From: the human T2T-CHM13v2.0 reference genome, Homo sapiens
DNA length: 64,000 bases
NCBI RefSeq assembly: GCF_009914755.1
Contig: NC_060927.1
Strand: one strand, 5' to 3'
The translations under genes and the position numbers were made by a program. Shown here in pieces: positions 41,690 to 56,689 of this stretch. Under the pieces are notes generated by a model. The model did no database searches. It saw only the letters and a list, made by a program, of their open reading frames with translations, and was not told where the DNA came from. The first letter of the stretch is position 1; each line of letters starts with the position of its first letter.

Positions 41690-42185
41690 ATCCTACTTTG
41701 GGAAGTCAGTCATTTCCCAGTCGGCATATGGAACATAATACTGAAACTACCTCCTGACTCCAGGATATACTGGTGGCCCACTCCTAGCTAACAGAGGCCA
41801 CATAGCACTGACCATGTGGGGACACATCACCATTTAGGGCCAGCAATAGTCCAAGGACTTTCATAAAACCATTGGGAAAGAAAAACTCTCTTTTTCCTCT
41901 GGGATTTCCCCAAGGATTGAAAAACACTTTAAGATGCTATTGACCCAATTTGCTCTAGGGAGTCCTTGCTCAAGAATTATAATAACCTAAGGGAAAGCAG
42001 TACTGAGAAGAAAGAGAGTGAGTGAGTGACCATTTCTTTATTCCATCCTTTGAGGCCCTACACCTAATCATTCATGAAGCTATACCACTCCCAGCCTTTT
42101 CAATTACTTGAGCCAATCAATTTCCTTTAATAGTTAAGTTCCTTTGGGCTGGATTTTCAAACTTGCAACTGAAAGGATCTCACTT
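41690..42185 (+). mobile_element. Old MLT1 (J/K/L-type) LTR
   Basis: 3' part 'ttttcaattacttgagccaatcaatttcctt...ttgggctggattttcaaacttgcaactgaaagga'. Confidence 0.7.
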
Positions 42186-43359
42186 TATAAAAAGTCTCTC
42201 TCACAAAAATTAATTCAAGACACTACTCTTTGAATTTAGTAAAAGTAACATTATAAACTAATTTACTAACTTAATAATTTTTGAATGGAATACAATCAAA
42301 CTCCCAAAATATTCCTTTGGTGGTCATATTAAAGTTAAACCATTTACACAATTTAATTTTTTTTTTTTTTTAGTATTTAAAGATATTTAATGATACAGTC
42401 TCATTCATTCTTACAATGTCATTTTGAGCTAGCCAGGGGACAGGTATGCTTATCTAATAATATAATAGATTTCTCTTGAACTTCATGAAACATTTCAGTG
42501 AAGGTTAAATAACAAAGCCCCAGGTCAGCTGTGTAAGCACCTAGAGAACACAGTAATTATTTCCCTAATGGTGTAGGTAGTATATCACTGTGGACATCAG
42601 AATAAAGATTACAGCATAAATTTGTCACCTTTGAGCAACCATGTGGCCAATGAGAACTTTTGATAAATATAAAATGTACGTGATGCATGTTATATATACT
42701 ATGTAGATATTTAATGAACACAGTTTAATAAAAGTCCTTCTACTTGTATTTTATTATATGTATATTACACAAAGGCATATAATTTATTAATACAGTTATT
42801 AAGTGGTTTCTGTGTATATATAATTATAAAATGAATATATAAAGTATATATGAAAATATTAATATAAAGTTAAAATATGCTAACAGTAAATTTAAGTATT
42901 CCCATTATATTTTTTTCTCATTATATAAAAAGTTTTTTTTTCCCCGCTGTCAATTAAATAGCAGCTTTTCAGACTCCTTAGTAAAGTAGGACTGGGGTAG
43001 ATTTTCCCATATTGTTAAATATTTTTCTCATTAAGAACAAAATTATATCTTAATATTTTAATAAAATTTTTTTCTAAAATGTATTATACACCCTTACCAA
43101 TTTAACTTGCTCTTGATGACTCATTGGCCTTCTAATAAGCATCCAAGTTATAAAATTTTAAATGCTTCTTCTACTGAAGTATGTAGAGCTGTTTAAACAT
43201 GAAATGCTATACTTTCTGAGTTTATGTGTCCCCTTTTGATAGTTTCCTATTTTTTATTCCTTGGAGTTTGTGCAGCTTTGATAAACTCCTTTTTACTTGA
43301 GTGACTTTGAGTTTCTATTCCTCACTAAATATTGTAGGGGTGTTTACAGGATACATTTT

Positions 43360-43850
43360 AATATGTAGCCTTAAAAAACAACTACACGACCCAGAAATTT
43401 CATTCCTAGATATAATCCCAACTGAAATAAGTATAAATATGCCTACTGTAAGATATGTCCAAAAATATTCAGTGAAGAACCATTCATGATAGCTCAAAAT
43501 GGGAGATAACCTCAATGCCTATAGTAAAATTGGCAAATAAATTGTGGTATATTCATACAATGGAATAGTACACAGTCATGAGAACGAATTAACGGCACAA
43601 AATAATAAGGATAAAACGTCCCAACAACATGTTGAGTCAACAAAATTGGACACAAAAGAGTTTGATGGGTGGAGGTTTGCAGTGACTGGAACAAGAAGAG
43701 AAACTCTGAGGTACTGGATACCAGTCATATGGTGTTCCTCAATCTTGGTCTTGGCTACAAAAGTGTGTACATGTTTTGAAAAGTCATTGAACTGTGCTAT
43801 ATTTTCTGCATATATTTTATACTTTAGTAAAAGTTTGCTAAAAAAGAAGA
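43360..43850 (+). mobile_element. L1ME-type 3' end
   Basis: 'acgacccagaaatttcattcctagatata' and 'ataaattgtggtatattcatacaatggaata'. It accounts for the ORF at 43544-43981. Confidence 0.8.
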
Positions 43851-44686
43851 TAAAAATTAATATAATGTATGCCTTTATTGTACACCACTTTCAAAGCACA
43901 TGCATTATCTTTCAAAAAGCATGTTATCTCATTTTAGTCATCCATTTATTTACTTGTTTCTTTTTTTCTTTTTGGTCATGATCTAGCCATCAGGCAAGGG
44001 ACTAGGAATATTGAGCACATATTAAGTTAGACATAATCCTACTTGCATTGAGTTTATAGCCACTTCTATTTCATGCCCATAGCATTTCTGCAAGGTAAGT
44101 AGAGAATGTTTGAAGGTATGGTCTTTTGTGTCATATTTGTTTGTTTGTTTAAATGGAAGACAACTAAGCATGTTTATACACTTCAGAGAAAAATCCATTT
44201 GAGAGGCAGCAGATGTACTATGTGAGAGTGAAGAAAAGATTTAAAAGTGAAACCTCTGAGGAGGACAGAGAAAAGAACCCAAAGCGCAGGATAAAGGAAG
44301 AAACACTCCAAACTGGAAATTATCAGAGGCCATATGCTGTTCATTAGCAGGTCATGGACTAAAGTCCAACAGCTTGACATCCCACCTACATCAAATCAAA
44401 TTTTTCTGCATTTTTGCCATTTCTAGAATGCCAACGAATCATTCACACACCCTTTAAATAACAACTTTTGGTGCCAGATGCATAGTTCACTATTATCTGT
44501 TGGTGATTCATTATATGACTCTCAAATGAAGAGGCATTCAGGCCAACTTGCATGTTCTAAAACTATGATAGAAGTTTTTGCTTTTTCTGACAGCTTGGAG
44601 AACTGCAGCGGAAGAGATGGACAAATTAGTAGTGTAGAGGATCAGAAAAGAGAATAATGGCACTAGTTTAAAAAATGGAAGGAAAT

Positions 44687-44985
44687 GGCTGGGTGCAGTG
44701 GCTCACGCCTGTAGTCCCAGCATTTTGGGAGGCCAAGGCAGGTGGATTACCTGAGGTCAGGAGTTCGAGACCAGCCTGGTCAATATGGCGAAACCCCATC
44801 TCTACTCAAAGTACAAAAATTATCTAGGCATGGTGGCGCACACCTATAATCCCAGCTACTCAGGTGGCTAAGGCAGGATAATAGCTTGAACCCCAGAGGC
44901 AAAGGTGGCAGTGAATTGAGGTCATGCTACTGCACTCCAACCTTAGCGACAGAGTGAGACTCTGTCTCAAAAAAAAAAAAAAAAA
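44687..44985 (+). mobile_element. AluSx/Sz-like
   Basis: Full dimer with a poly(A) tail. Imperfect TSD aaatggaaggaaat / aaatggaggaaat. Confidence 0.93.
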
Positions 44986-45129
44986 CAAATGGAGGAAATT
45001 TCTCTTCAGAACCCATTGGTTTGGATAGTGAATTTCTGAATATGTTGGAATTTGTGATCAAAATCCTTCCTAAGATGGAGACACCTCTTGGGCCCTGGGA
45101 TGAGTTTCTTTCATTTGCTAGTCCAGTCG

Positions 45130-45558
45130 TGAAGAAGCACAAGCCAAGATAGAATTAAACATCTAAAATATTTCTAAGGAGGAGTGCCTAGGAGGAAGCT
45201 AAGGGAGATTGGAAGAATCAAGAAACTTTAACGCAAGTCTGACTCTTGTAAAAGAGATAAGAAAAGAGTGAAAGTAGTGTGGACAAGTCTTGGACTAGTG
45301 CACAATTCTAAAAAAGTTTAGTAATGTTGATGGGGAGTCCTCAAACTAAAGTTGTCCATCATATTAGTCCAACATCCCCCAGTAATGAGCCTGCCTTAGT
45401 GTTCCTGATGCACTCAGTCATCTTCTGGGAACAGCTCCAGGAAATTTTGCATTGTCAGGAATGCAGTGTGGAATTCCAGAGTGCAGCAGCTGGGGTAATA
45501 TTTGAATTATCTTCTCCCCAGTTGGAGATCAGAGAGAGGCATTATCATGGCCACCACA
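45130..45558 (-). mobile_element. LTR16-type ERVL LTR
   Basis: 'ccttagtgttcctgatgcactcagtcatcttctgggaacagc', terminating in 'ggccaccaca'. Confidence 0.6.
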
Positions 45559-45784
45559 CCTCACATACCATGAAATTGCCATTTTACAGTTAAATGGAGC
45601 ATTACTCATCTTGATGATAATAGAGACTGGGGATTTTTTAATACTGTATATCTTCATCTGGACTGCAGATACGATGCCAGATAGACAGATACATAGATAG
45701 ATAGATATCAATTTTTACTTTATAGATGTACAAGTACCTATCTCAGCAGAAGAGGTGGTTACTGTCAAAAGTTGTTTCTCCCAT

Positions 45785-46660
45785 TATTCATTCAGAAATA
45801 TTTGTTGATCATCTATTGTATGCGTGGTACTACTATAGGCTCTAGGAATAGAGCAGATAAATAGCCATCTATCATAGAGTTTAAGTGCTATGTAGTGATA
45901 GGACTATAAAGAAAAATAAATCTGGATACGAAAAGCAAGAATGATAGTGGCAGAAAGATGTTATTTTAGAGAGAGTGGTCACGACAGTTGTCTCTGATAG
46001 GTGATGTTGGGTAGTGATATGAGCAAGTAATACACTTCCAGGCAAAAAGAACAGTAAATGCAAAGGTTATGAGGAGGGGTAGTGCTTGTCTTGCTTCAGG
46101 AATAACAAGAAAGCCAGTTGAGAGGGAAAGAGGAAGAGCAAGAACGCTACTTTAGAGTAAGCAAGATGGAGAGTAGAAGGAAATGAGGTCAGTAAGTTAG
46201 AGGACCTGATCATAGGACTTGGTTGCCATGGAAGAAGCTGTATATTTCTTCTTCCTCTTTTTTTTTTTTTTCTAAGAGTTTCGCTTTGTTGCCCAATGTG
46301 GAGTGCAATGATGGGATCTCGGCTCACTGCAACCTCTGCTTCCTGAGTTCCAGTGATTTTCATGCCTCAGCCTCTTGAGTAGGTGAAACTACAGGCACAT
46401 GCCACCACCTGGCTAATTTTTGTATTTTTAGTAGAGATAGTTTTTTGCCATATTGGTCAGGCTGGTCTTGAACTACTGGGCTCAAGTGATCCACCCACCT
46501 CAGCTTCCCAAAGTACTGTGATTACAGGCGTGAGCCACTACACCCGGTCAAAGTTGTAGATTTCATTCTGAATAACATGGGAAGTCCCTGAAGAGCTTGG
46601 GGATAGGGAAGTGATAGGAGCCGACACATGTTACTAAAGAAATAACACTGGTACCTGTGT
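45785..46660 (-). mobile_element. L2a fragment interrupted by an Alu
   Basis: 'ttcattcagaaatatttgttgatcatctattgtatgc' and 'ttccaggcaaaaagaacagtaaatgcaaagg'. Confidence 0.8.
46249..46549 (-). mobile_element. Old Alu (AluJb/Sz-like)
   Basis: Antisense dimer. Degenerate TSD aagctgtatatttc / aagttgtagatttc. Confidence 0.9.
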
Positions 46661-46909
46661 GAAAAGCCACTGCTTTTTGAAATTTTGAAATCATGTTTTT
46701 TCAGCTTTTCAATATCTATCTCCCTATGTCAATTATTGTCTCAATCCTATATGTGCTGCCTTTCTCATGGGCTTCTTCTCAACAGGTCACACATTCAAAT
46801 GGGGTAACTGAAGAATATTTAATGAAGGAATTGTATGTAAGAACATGAGCAGAGTAAAGGAAAACCAACAAAAGAAAGAAATACTCCCTGGTCCCCACCC
46901 ATAGGCATG

Positions 46910-48298
46910 AAAGAATAAATAAATGGGACTATGCAAACTCACAAGCTTCTGCATAGCAAAGGAAGCAATTAACAGAGTGAAAAGACAACCTACAGAACAG
47001 GAGAAAATATTTGCAAGCTAGTCATCTGACAGGGGATTAATATCCAGAATATACAAAGAACTCAAACATCTCTACAGCAAAAAACAAACAAACAAACAAA
47101 CAAAAAAGTAAAACACCCAAACAATCCAATTTAAAAATGGCCAAATGATCTGAACTGATATTTCTCAAAAGAAGACATACATCAGGCCAAAAAATGCATT
47201 TAAAAATGTTCAGTATCACTCATCATCAGGGAACTGCAAATCAACACAACAATGTGGTATCATCTTACCCCATTTAGGATGGCAATTATCAAAAATAAAA
47301 TAAAATAACCACAGGGGCTTGTGCCTTAGTCCCAGCTACTCAGGAGGCTGAAGCTGGAGGATTGCTGGAGCTCAGGGGCTCAAGGCTGCAGTGAGCCATG
47401 ATCATGCTACTGCAGTCCAGCCTGGGTGACAGAGCAAGATTCTGTCTCTAAAAATACAAATAAAAAAGACAGAAAATAACAAAGGCTGATGACGAGGATG
47501 TGGAGAAAATGAAACTCTTGTACACTATTGGTGGAATATAAGTTGTTACAGCCACTATGGAGAACAGTGTGAAGGTTCCTCAAAAACTACAAATAGAACT
47601 ACCATATGACCCAGCAATGCAACTACTGGACATCTATTCAAAGGAAAGAAAATCGGTATATTAAAGAGAAATCTGCACCCCTATGTTTATTGCAGCACTA
47701 CTCACAGTAGCCAAGATATGAAATCAACATAGATGTCCAACAACAGATGAATTAAGAAAGAATATTTGGTATATACAAACAATAGAATACTATTCAGCCA
47801 TAAACAAAAAAAATCTTGTCATTTGCGGCAACATGGATGGAACTGGAGATCACTACCTTAAGGGAAATAAGCCAGGAACCAAAAATTAAATACTTCATAT
47901 TCTCACTCACATGTGGAAGAAAAAAAAAAAAAAACAAAACTAAAAAACAATACCCACCGGTCTCATAGAAATGAAAAGTAGAGCAAAGAACACTAGAGGG
48001 ATACAGAGAGATTTATAAAAAGATACAAAATTATAGCTAGATAAAAGGAATAACTTCTAGTGTTCTACGCAACTTTAGGATGCATATAGTTAACAATAAT
48101 ATAGTTTTGAATATTTAGAAGGAGGATATTGAATGTTCCTAACACAAAGAAGTGATAAATATTTAAAATGATGGATATGCTATTTACCCTAATCTGATTA
48201 CTACACATTGCATGTATTGAAACATCACTATGTATCCTCAAAATATGTACAATTATTAGGCATCAATTAAAAATAAAGTATAAAAATTAAAAAAATAA
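46910..48298 (+). mobile_element. L1MA4/5-type ORF2 end and 3' UTR
   Basis: 'aacagagtgaaaagacaacctacagaa', 'atagaactaccatatgacccagcaat', 'atacaaaattatagctagataaaaggaataacttctagtgttc' and 'gatggatatgctatttacccta', with an A-rich end. Confidence 0.9.
47305..47466 (+). mobile_element. FRAM / AluJ right monomer inside the L1
   Basis: 'tagtcccagctactcaggaggctgaagctggaggattgct...ggctgcagtgagccatgatcatgc'. Confidence 0.85.
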
Positions 48299-49000
48299 AT
48301 CTCTCTACTCAATTCCCTGAATCTCTCAAATCAATCCTTCTTACCATCCCTATAAATATTGCTTTGATTTATGTCATTTTCTAATAGCAGCCTTTATATA
48401 TTAAATACTACATTAATCTCTTTTAAGTAATTATGTTATCTCACTTAATCCTCATAAAAGGTATGTGACAGGGTCTTCATTTAGATTTTAAAATAGAGAA
48501 TGTGAAAGGTCTTATGTCAAAAGAAGTGAGGTAATGGGGCAGAAAAGCCAATGCCAATATCCTGGTTGATCCTACAGGCAACAGACGCTGGTATATTGGA
48601 GAAATCAACAGAATGCATCCAAGAAGTGCCCATCTGAAATATAAGAGTTTGAGATGTTTATTTATAGCTGCCGTCCCCATTGTTAGACAGTTGGCCCTGG
48701 ACCATATTTTCATTTGTTGAGAGGCACCCATGGCCCAGGGACAGAAGGAGAAAAGATACACAGCACACACTTGAATTGGAACAATGCCTGAGAAAGGTGA
48801 GTCTAAGCTTACTTGGAATTATTCACCACAGCTGCAACTAAATCCAATGTAAACCAAGAAGAGATGACACAGAGCACCAAAGACATCTGCTACTGTTAAA
48901 AAAAAGTAAAGCTTTGAGAGGTAACACAGGTTGCAAAGTAACCAAGCTAGAATTTAAATCTAGGTCTGTCTGACTCCAAAGCCTATACTTTTAATTACTA

Positions 49001-49757
49001 TGTGCAAGAAGTTTCAGCCAAGTATAAAATTAGAGGACACAGTTCCCAAGACTGCCCCGAATTTTGACACCAACTATAAGTTGAGGAGGGGACTGGGATG
49101 GGTAGCATTCACAAAACCCTGTTCAGTTTCAATATTTCTCTGAAAAGACTCATAAAACTCTCCGAAACCTGTTATACTCATGGTTATGATTCATTACAGG
49201 AAAAGGATATAGATTAAAATCAGCTAAAGGAAGAGAGGCATAGGGCAGAGTCAAGGTAAGTTCCAAATGTGACCTGTCATTGTCCTCTTCCGATGGAGTC
49301 AGGATGCATTGCTCTCCTGGCATCAGTGTATGACAAAATGCATGAAGCACTGCCAACCAGGGAAACTCACCCAAGTCTTAGCATGCAGAATTCTTACTAG
49401 AGCACCATCACTAAGGCATTTTTGATTGATTGATTGATTGATTGATTGCCCATTTGGTTAATCTTAGCCTCCAGGTTGACTGATATCACATAACCCAAAA
49501 CTCCTACCCAAAATGATAGGGTTGGTCTTTCTTACAAAGCCAATCACTACCCTAAGACTATTGGGCGTGTCTGGCCCCACCCTAAGATCTGGTGAGCTAG
49601 TCCCCACCCTGAAAAATGGGCGTTAGAGAGTTGGCCCTGGGCCATTTTTGCATGATAATCCTGAACAAAGATAATCCTACCAGGTTTGACATGTATTACC
49701 TCCCAGAAGCTGAAGACAAGATCTCTCTGTGGGCAAGACCAAATTCTTTGCTATACA
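49001..49757 (-). mobile_element. MER21-type ERVL LTR
   Basis: 'cacagttcccaagactgcccc', 'gttatactcatggttatgattcattacaggaaaaggatatagattaaaatcagc' and 'gcactgccaaccagggaaactcacccaag'. Internal (GATT)n at ~49423-49448. Confidence 0.82.
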
Positions 49758-50366
49758 CTACTAAATATAACATGAAGCATGGCATTATATAATATAGATC
49801 TGATTGTGTCTCTCCCCTCCTTGAATATCTTCAATGCTTCCCATCACATTTATGGTGAGATCCCTTCTTTTGGTATGGCATCCTTGGCAGCTCAGGATAG
49901 TCTCCTGTCTATATTTCCAATCCCATACTTTGCAATCCTGTTTGTATCCTACAGTCCTGCCAAGCCACTGGCACTTCCACAATTACCCTTCCCTGCTGTC
50001 ATCAGGGAAATAAAAATATGTGACAACACTTTCTCTACCAAAAAAATAGTTATTCTTTTTTCCTTTTAGTAGGCAAATAGATTAAGACAAGGTCCTGGGA
50101 CCTATGGGTGTATGTGTGGATGAGTTGTTCCTTGATGAAACTGTCATTTGAAGAGGAAAGTAAATGTGATAGAATAGGAGAGAAGGAGGGATATACTGCA
50201 ATTAGCCAGGTGAGTAGCAGAAGTAAGATTAAGGCTCATCATCTCTTCCTTCATTTGGAGCAGAGGTGGAATGCTCAAAACTCCATCAAAACCCATGCAT
50301 GGCCCTTTCTTGCCTCAGGACTTCTACACATGCAGTAAGTTCTTCCAAGAGAGTAAATGTGCGTGT

Positions 50367-50397
50367 ACACACACACATACACACACACACACACACA
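50367..50397. repeat. (CA)n microsatellite
   Basis: Direct observation. Confidence 0.9.
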
Positions 50398-51829
50398 GCC
50401 ATGTTTCAAGACCCAACACAGAATGTCTTTCTTGACAATTATTGTTCCCCTCCCTCCTTTCCCTGTTTATTGCACAATACTCCCAAACAGTTATTGAGGT
50501 GCATTATTACTGTTTATTTGTGTATTCTTCCCATGGTTATAAGCTCTATGAGAAAAATAAATCATACTTATACCTTTGTATCTTTATCATCTACTACAGG
50601 GCCCAACAACATTGAGATAAAAATCTATAGACTAGATGGGCAAATGAAGGAAGAAAGGGAGAGAGACAGGAAAGAACAAAAAAAATGGGAGGGAGAGATG
50701 GAGGGAGGGACGTTCAAGTTCACTTGGTTTTAGATATGCTGAGGAGGAGTTAATGCCAAGTTTAATAAAATACTACACCTAAAACCCCCAATTCTCATCC
50801 CCCAAGCAGCAACTCTGTTTCTGATGGCAGAGTTTAGTTAGCTCAAGGATAACACACAGCATAAGCTGAATGACATTAAACTGCTCATGGGTTCATGCCC
50901 ACACCAATTCCCTCTGCAGGGAGATAACATTTCTGTAGTCTTCTACAGTACTTTTAGAATCTCTCTAGGCTATGGCAGCAACAGATTTAGTAGACAAGTG
51001 GGAACTAGAAGCACATCACATGAACTGAACTGGAAAATGTCCTGGCCAATTAACAGCCAATGTCTCTGGCAATTAACAAACAGCCTGGGAACAAAGACTA
51101 TCTCTGTTGTTATGCTCAGTCTTGGAATGTTTATTGTCTCTTCATGTCTTGGTTTTATAGTTTCAACATTTGAAAGATGTATATTCCACTTTTTCAGTAG
51201 TTTGTAAGCTCCCTTGAGGATCCAAACTCATTGAATATGCTTTTTTATTCACACAACACCTAGCATAGTATTTGACTCAAAGTAATAATGCTGTAAATAT
51301 TTTAAAATAAATTTAAAAACTTTATTCCAAGCCTGACGCTACAGATTAAGTCTCCAGCTACCAGGGTTCCACAGCATGACATGGGTGTACAAATTAAATA
51401 GTGTAGTTAGGCAATTCTATATACTTTTTAGTTGCATTTATCAAAATAAAAACTGTTAATGTTAGGTTTGTATTAGGAAAGGGTGTTGGGAAATAATTTC
51501 ATTCAATTCTCTCCTTTTCAGATAGGAAACCTGTTATATTGTCTTGTGTAACATGCTAGTTAGAAATATGACAAGACTATAATCAGAAGCCAGCTCTATA
51601 GACTCTTAGTCTAGTGCTCCCTTTATTAATAGCAAGTCTTCTCTCATTACTTCTTTCTAGTAACAAAGACAACAGAGTGTTTTTATTATAATATTTATAA
51701 AACATAAAGTACTTTGGTATATTTTGGTAGCATTCTCACTAACACACATCGAGCAGCCTAAATGTGTGTTAACTGAGATTCAAGAGCCATTTTTGATGGT
51801 TTGTCTTCAATCAACCCCTCCATTCTATC

Positions 51830-53850
51830 CTCTTGAAAGAAGAGAGACCATCAGCCACGGTCACTCTTTACTTCTGATTCCCTGTCTGCACACTTGCCCA
51901 CATCCATGGGCAGCAGGATTGTTTCCTCTTTGTTAGCCTTAGAGAAGGAGGTGTTTCCCCCTTTTCAAGGCCAAGCCTTCGTCATGGCACATTTTTCAAT
52001 TCTCATCAATATTCTGGAGATTTGCTCCATAGTCTACTCTCTTTCTCTCCTGAATCTTAGACCTCTTTCTAGCTACTATCGTCATAAGCAGATTCAAGTG
52101 TCTTCCATCTAAAGCCTCCCAACCCAATGTATTTGAATAAGTGCTTCCAAATTCTATTCTCCCTTTCTTGTTCAAATATCTTGAAAGAATATGCTCAGTC
52201 TCAATTTGTTAGATTCAATCATTTCTTGTCTCATTGCAATCTGCCCTCTAAGCAAGGTTTCAAATTGCTTCCTAATTATGAAATGCAAGAGAAATTTCCA
52301 CTCTAATGTTTCTCTCTCACTTCCTTTTCAAAACAACTCCTATTCTTTCAGTTTCCATGACTCTGCACTCATTTGATCTTGTGAAATATTTCTGCTTATA
52401 TTTTCTGTTTTCTGTGCGGGTTCCTCTTCTGCTTACTCTATAAAATGTCAGTTACCGAAGGAAGTATAATCGTGGTTTCAAGTACCAATATATACCGATG
52501 GCCAAAAAATCTGTTTTTGCAGCTCAAATAGCTCTGGCATTCAGATACATATGTTTATGTTCCTTTTCATGGGTTCCATCTCCATAGCTGATAAGTGCCA
52601 TAAATTCAATATCAAAACTCAATTCCACATCTTTGACCTGATTCTCCAACTACACATAGAACCACCAAAATACTATATGTTGGATTGAAAGAATTCTATC
52701 AGCTAAAATTCGAGGTCATATTGTTACAAGGTGAATTTAAAAGTCATGTTATAAAATTGCAATAGGCACAAAAATAAAGATAGTGAAAAATATAGTGAAC
52801 CATACCCTGACTGTGAAAGCCTCAAATAATCACAAGGCACTCACTTCCCGACTACTCCCTGCTCCGTGTTCTTCCTCCCATTTGGTTCCTCCCTCAGTCT
52901 TTCTCTGATTAACATTTGGGTCTCAGAGGAAGATTGGAAGCAATCACAAATACCATTATTTCCAAATTTGTGCCAGGGAGCAATTTTACTGAGTTTTCTA
53001 TCTTACCTAATAGAACTGTCATGAACATGATCACTTAGACTAAAAATTTAGGATTGATTCTTAAACCCTCCTTCCATTACCCTCTATATCCAACTAATCA
53101 CCAGGTCTTGAAAATTGTGATTCTTAAAAATTCCTTGAACTTACACAGTGTCTCCATGTTACTTAATCCAGACTTTAATTTCTTTCTGGGCTACCCAAAC
53201 AACTTTTTGTCAGGTCACTGTACTTCCAGGCTTGTCCCATTCCAACTTTAGAAATGAGATTGCAGAGGAATTTTAAGGTGCTGCGCCACATCCCACAATG
53301 TCCCTTGTGATTTCAAAATATGCCAGTATTGTTCATGTCTCTGCTATTTGTTACTGCAGCTTCCTCTGCTTAGAGTCCTCTACTAACTCATGGTCTGCCT
53401 GGCAGTCACCCATTAATCTGTTTGGCTTCAGCTCTAATTTCATCTATGAAGATATCTCTGTCCTGTCCCTTCTGTTTTTTCCCCAACAAATTTAATTGAC
53501 CATGCCCTGTTTTTTTAAATTATACTTTATATGTATGCATGTGTCTTTTATTTATTTACTTATTTATTTTTATTTATTTATTTTTTTTTGTAGAGACAGG
53601 GTCTCACTATCTTGTCTAGGCTGGTCTCAAATTCCCAATCTTGAGCAATCTTCTTGCTTTGGCCTCCCAAAATGCTGGGATTACAGGCATGAGCCACTGT
53701 GACCAGAAGCATACTTTTTAAAGTACCTGTAACATTTTATTATACCTAATCACTTATTTCTTTTTCCAAATAAACAGTAAATTTATTGAGGAATGGGGCT
53801 AGATGTGATTGAGCACTGAGCCTAAATGGTGGATATAAGGTGTTTATAAT
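51830..53850 (+). mobile_element. Dispersed L2 fragments
   Basis: Pyrimidine-rich L2-like motifs 'ctaagcaaggtttcaaattgcttcctaattatgaaatgca', 'ttctttcagtttccatgactctgcactc' and 'atccaactaatcaccaggtcttg'. Confidence 0.55.
53540..53706 (-). mobile_element. FLAM-C / AluJ left monomer
   Basis: 'tgtagagacagggtctcactatcttgtctaggctggtctcaaa...gctgggattacaggcatgagccac' with a (TTTA)n tail. Confidence 0.88.
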
Positions 53851-54297
53851 TATTTTTTAAACTAAGGTATCTTTTTTTTTAAAAAAAAAAGGAAAAATAA
53901 AAGAGGTTACACAGAGCTAAAAGATCATCTGAAAGGCAGCAGTCAAATTTAAAAAAATTAGATAGGAGAAGGGAAGCTATGGTAGACAATCTTAGGTAAG
54001 GTAAAGAGACTATGTTTGCTATCTGTCACTTTCCAAATTATGACTCCCTTTTCGAAGTCAATCTTTTGTCTTGTTTCCTATTCTTTTTTTCCATCTAATA
54101 AGTGAGAGAAAACCTTCACTGGCTGCAATCACATACGAGCACTCATCACTCTAACTCAACATACAGATCAGAAACTAGTACAATCATGAAGTAAAACAGA
54201 GAATTTCCCCAAAATATAAGTTTATAAAACTCCCTAAAATTACTTAAAATGAGTATTATTATTAGATACAAATGTTCTTACCCATTCTTTTATTCTC

Positions 54298-54664
<367 letters not shown>

Positions 54665-56689
54665 CCTTTTATTCTCTTTCAATAATTTTCATTCCAGACC
54701 TCTCAGAGACATAACAGATTTCTGACGTTACCTTTTCATCATAATTTAAATCACGGATTTTCATAAATGAGAACTATCCAAGCTTGTTATTTCTCTCATT
54801 CGCTACAAGTACTTATATGAAGAACTAGAAAGTCTTTATAGGAGTAGGTATTCCAATGGAAATAATGTAACCAGTGGCAACTTGAGAACTTCTGTATAGA
54901 AAAGACATGGGAGTTAATACTTTGGCTGAAATCAGGATCTAAGAGACTTGTCTAGGAGATGTGTTCACCGTGTATGCTCACCATTTTATTGGAGTGTATT
55001 TTTGTTTTATGAAAACTTGAGAGGGGTGTGGCTGATAGAGTGTGACAGAGATAAATCATCTTAAGTCATCTATGTGTGCTAAAACCGAACACCACATATA
55101 ACTGGGTTCTTGAGATCTGGGGTTTTGTTTTTCATTTTACAAACGCACCAAAAATATTAAAGCCAAGATATGGGGATTAAAATTTCTGAAAATTGACCTG
55201 AGTGATCATAGTTATATCTATTTCTGAACAGGCAAAGCAAAAAATAAATAAAAATGACAATGGTGGAAATCAAGTGTAAAAATGTTCTTCATATTATATA
55301 TAAAGGCACAGAGAAATTAGTACGAGAGCCCTGCTTTCATCTCCATTTATGTTAAATCTTTCTGTATAATGATGGAGCAAATCTCTCACTTCATATCACT
55401 TTAGTTGAATAATCGACATTGGTGCATGTATTGCCTGATGAAACATTAAATTGTGGGATTCAATTGTTCCAAATTTCATCTAAGGAACAATAGAATGGTG
55501 GAATCTCTTACTTAGCTTTCGTAAACAGAATTTGAAGTATGTGCCATCAGACAACCACACATTTTCTCTAAACAATAGTTTTTATCCCCTAAACTCTTTT
55601 TAGTTGTAGGTTGGCATAATGTGACAGTAAGTGTCTCCAAGTACTAGTTGAACCAAATTACACTCTTGAGCATGTGCGTGCTCTGCCTGTTGATGGCAAT
55701 GTCCCTGTTTCCAATGTCCTTCCTCATCAACTGCCTTGCTAAAGTGTGCAGTGAGTAATGACTACAGGGTGATATTTAATGAAAAGGCTACCCATGACTC
55801 TGAGCCAAATGTGACCCCTACTATTCCTTTACTATTAAAGACTAATTATCTACTCCCCATGCAATTATAATCGCGGGTGGCAGAGATCTTGAGTTGCTGA
55901 AATATGCCAGTAAACTATTCAACTTTTTAAATTTCTTAATATCCAAAGTGCTAATATTGATATAGAAATGTATGAGAAGTAAAAAGTCTGGCACTTGGGA
56001 AAATTAAATATAAATAACCTTGCTTTCACTAATTTGGGTGAGAGTTGCAACATCTTTTTTAACTAGCTTTTATATAGGAGATGAAATAAAGATGCCAAAG
56101 ATTAATGCTGTCAATTTCAATGGCCAGCATGTACCCAAAAGGCAAACATATAAATCTAAAGCAAATAGAAGTGCATTACTTAATTTCTGCTTATCATTCA
56201 TTATACAATTGCCAGGAAGTTAACCATTACATTTTGCAAATCCATCACTTCTTAAATTCATCTTGGAAAAGCTCCTTCTTCTATTACTGTATTGGGCTTT
56301 TATGGATATTTGATGGCTCTTGTAATCAGCACTGTAGGAGTCACAAGATGAATGTGTACTAAGTTCTGAGAGAAAGAAGATGAGTATATTCCACAGAATT
56401 CACTAATTGTTTTCAGGGCCTCAGAACTAAGGACATGAGCTCTGGGCATGTGATTATTTGCTTTCAATGACCATAATGCTAATGAGAAAAAAATAAGTTT
56501 GGGGTTTCTAGTCACTTGTTTATCAATATACACAAAGTAGTAAACCAATTATAATTTTTCATAAAGCCCAAAGCAAAATGTCCTTAGCATTGAAAGAAGT
56601 GATTTTGCATCATTTAAAAAGTAAGTCTGTTTTGTTATAAATAAATTTTCTGGCTTATATAAGCTTTTTATATTCTCTTATATTTATTA

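Noticed and set aside
43544-43981. 145-aa ORF
   Set aside because: It lies in an L1ME 3' end and an adjacent L2 relic.
50266-50733. 155-aa ORF, the longest in the window
   Set aside because: It runs through a CA microsatellite, L2 relics and a purine tract, with no recognisable domain.
55870-55883. CTCF-like 'atcgcgggtggcag'
   Set aside because: Only the 3' half matches the motif and the 5' CCAC/G core is missing.
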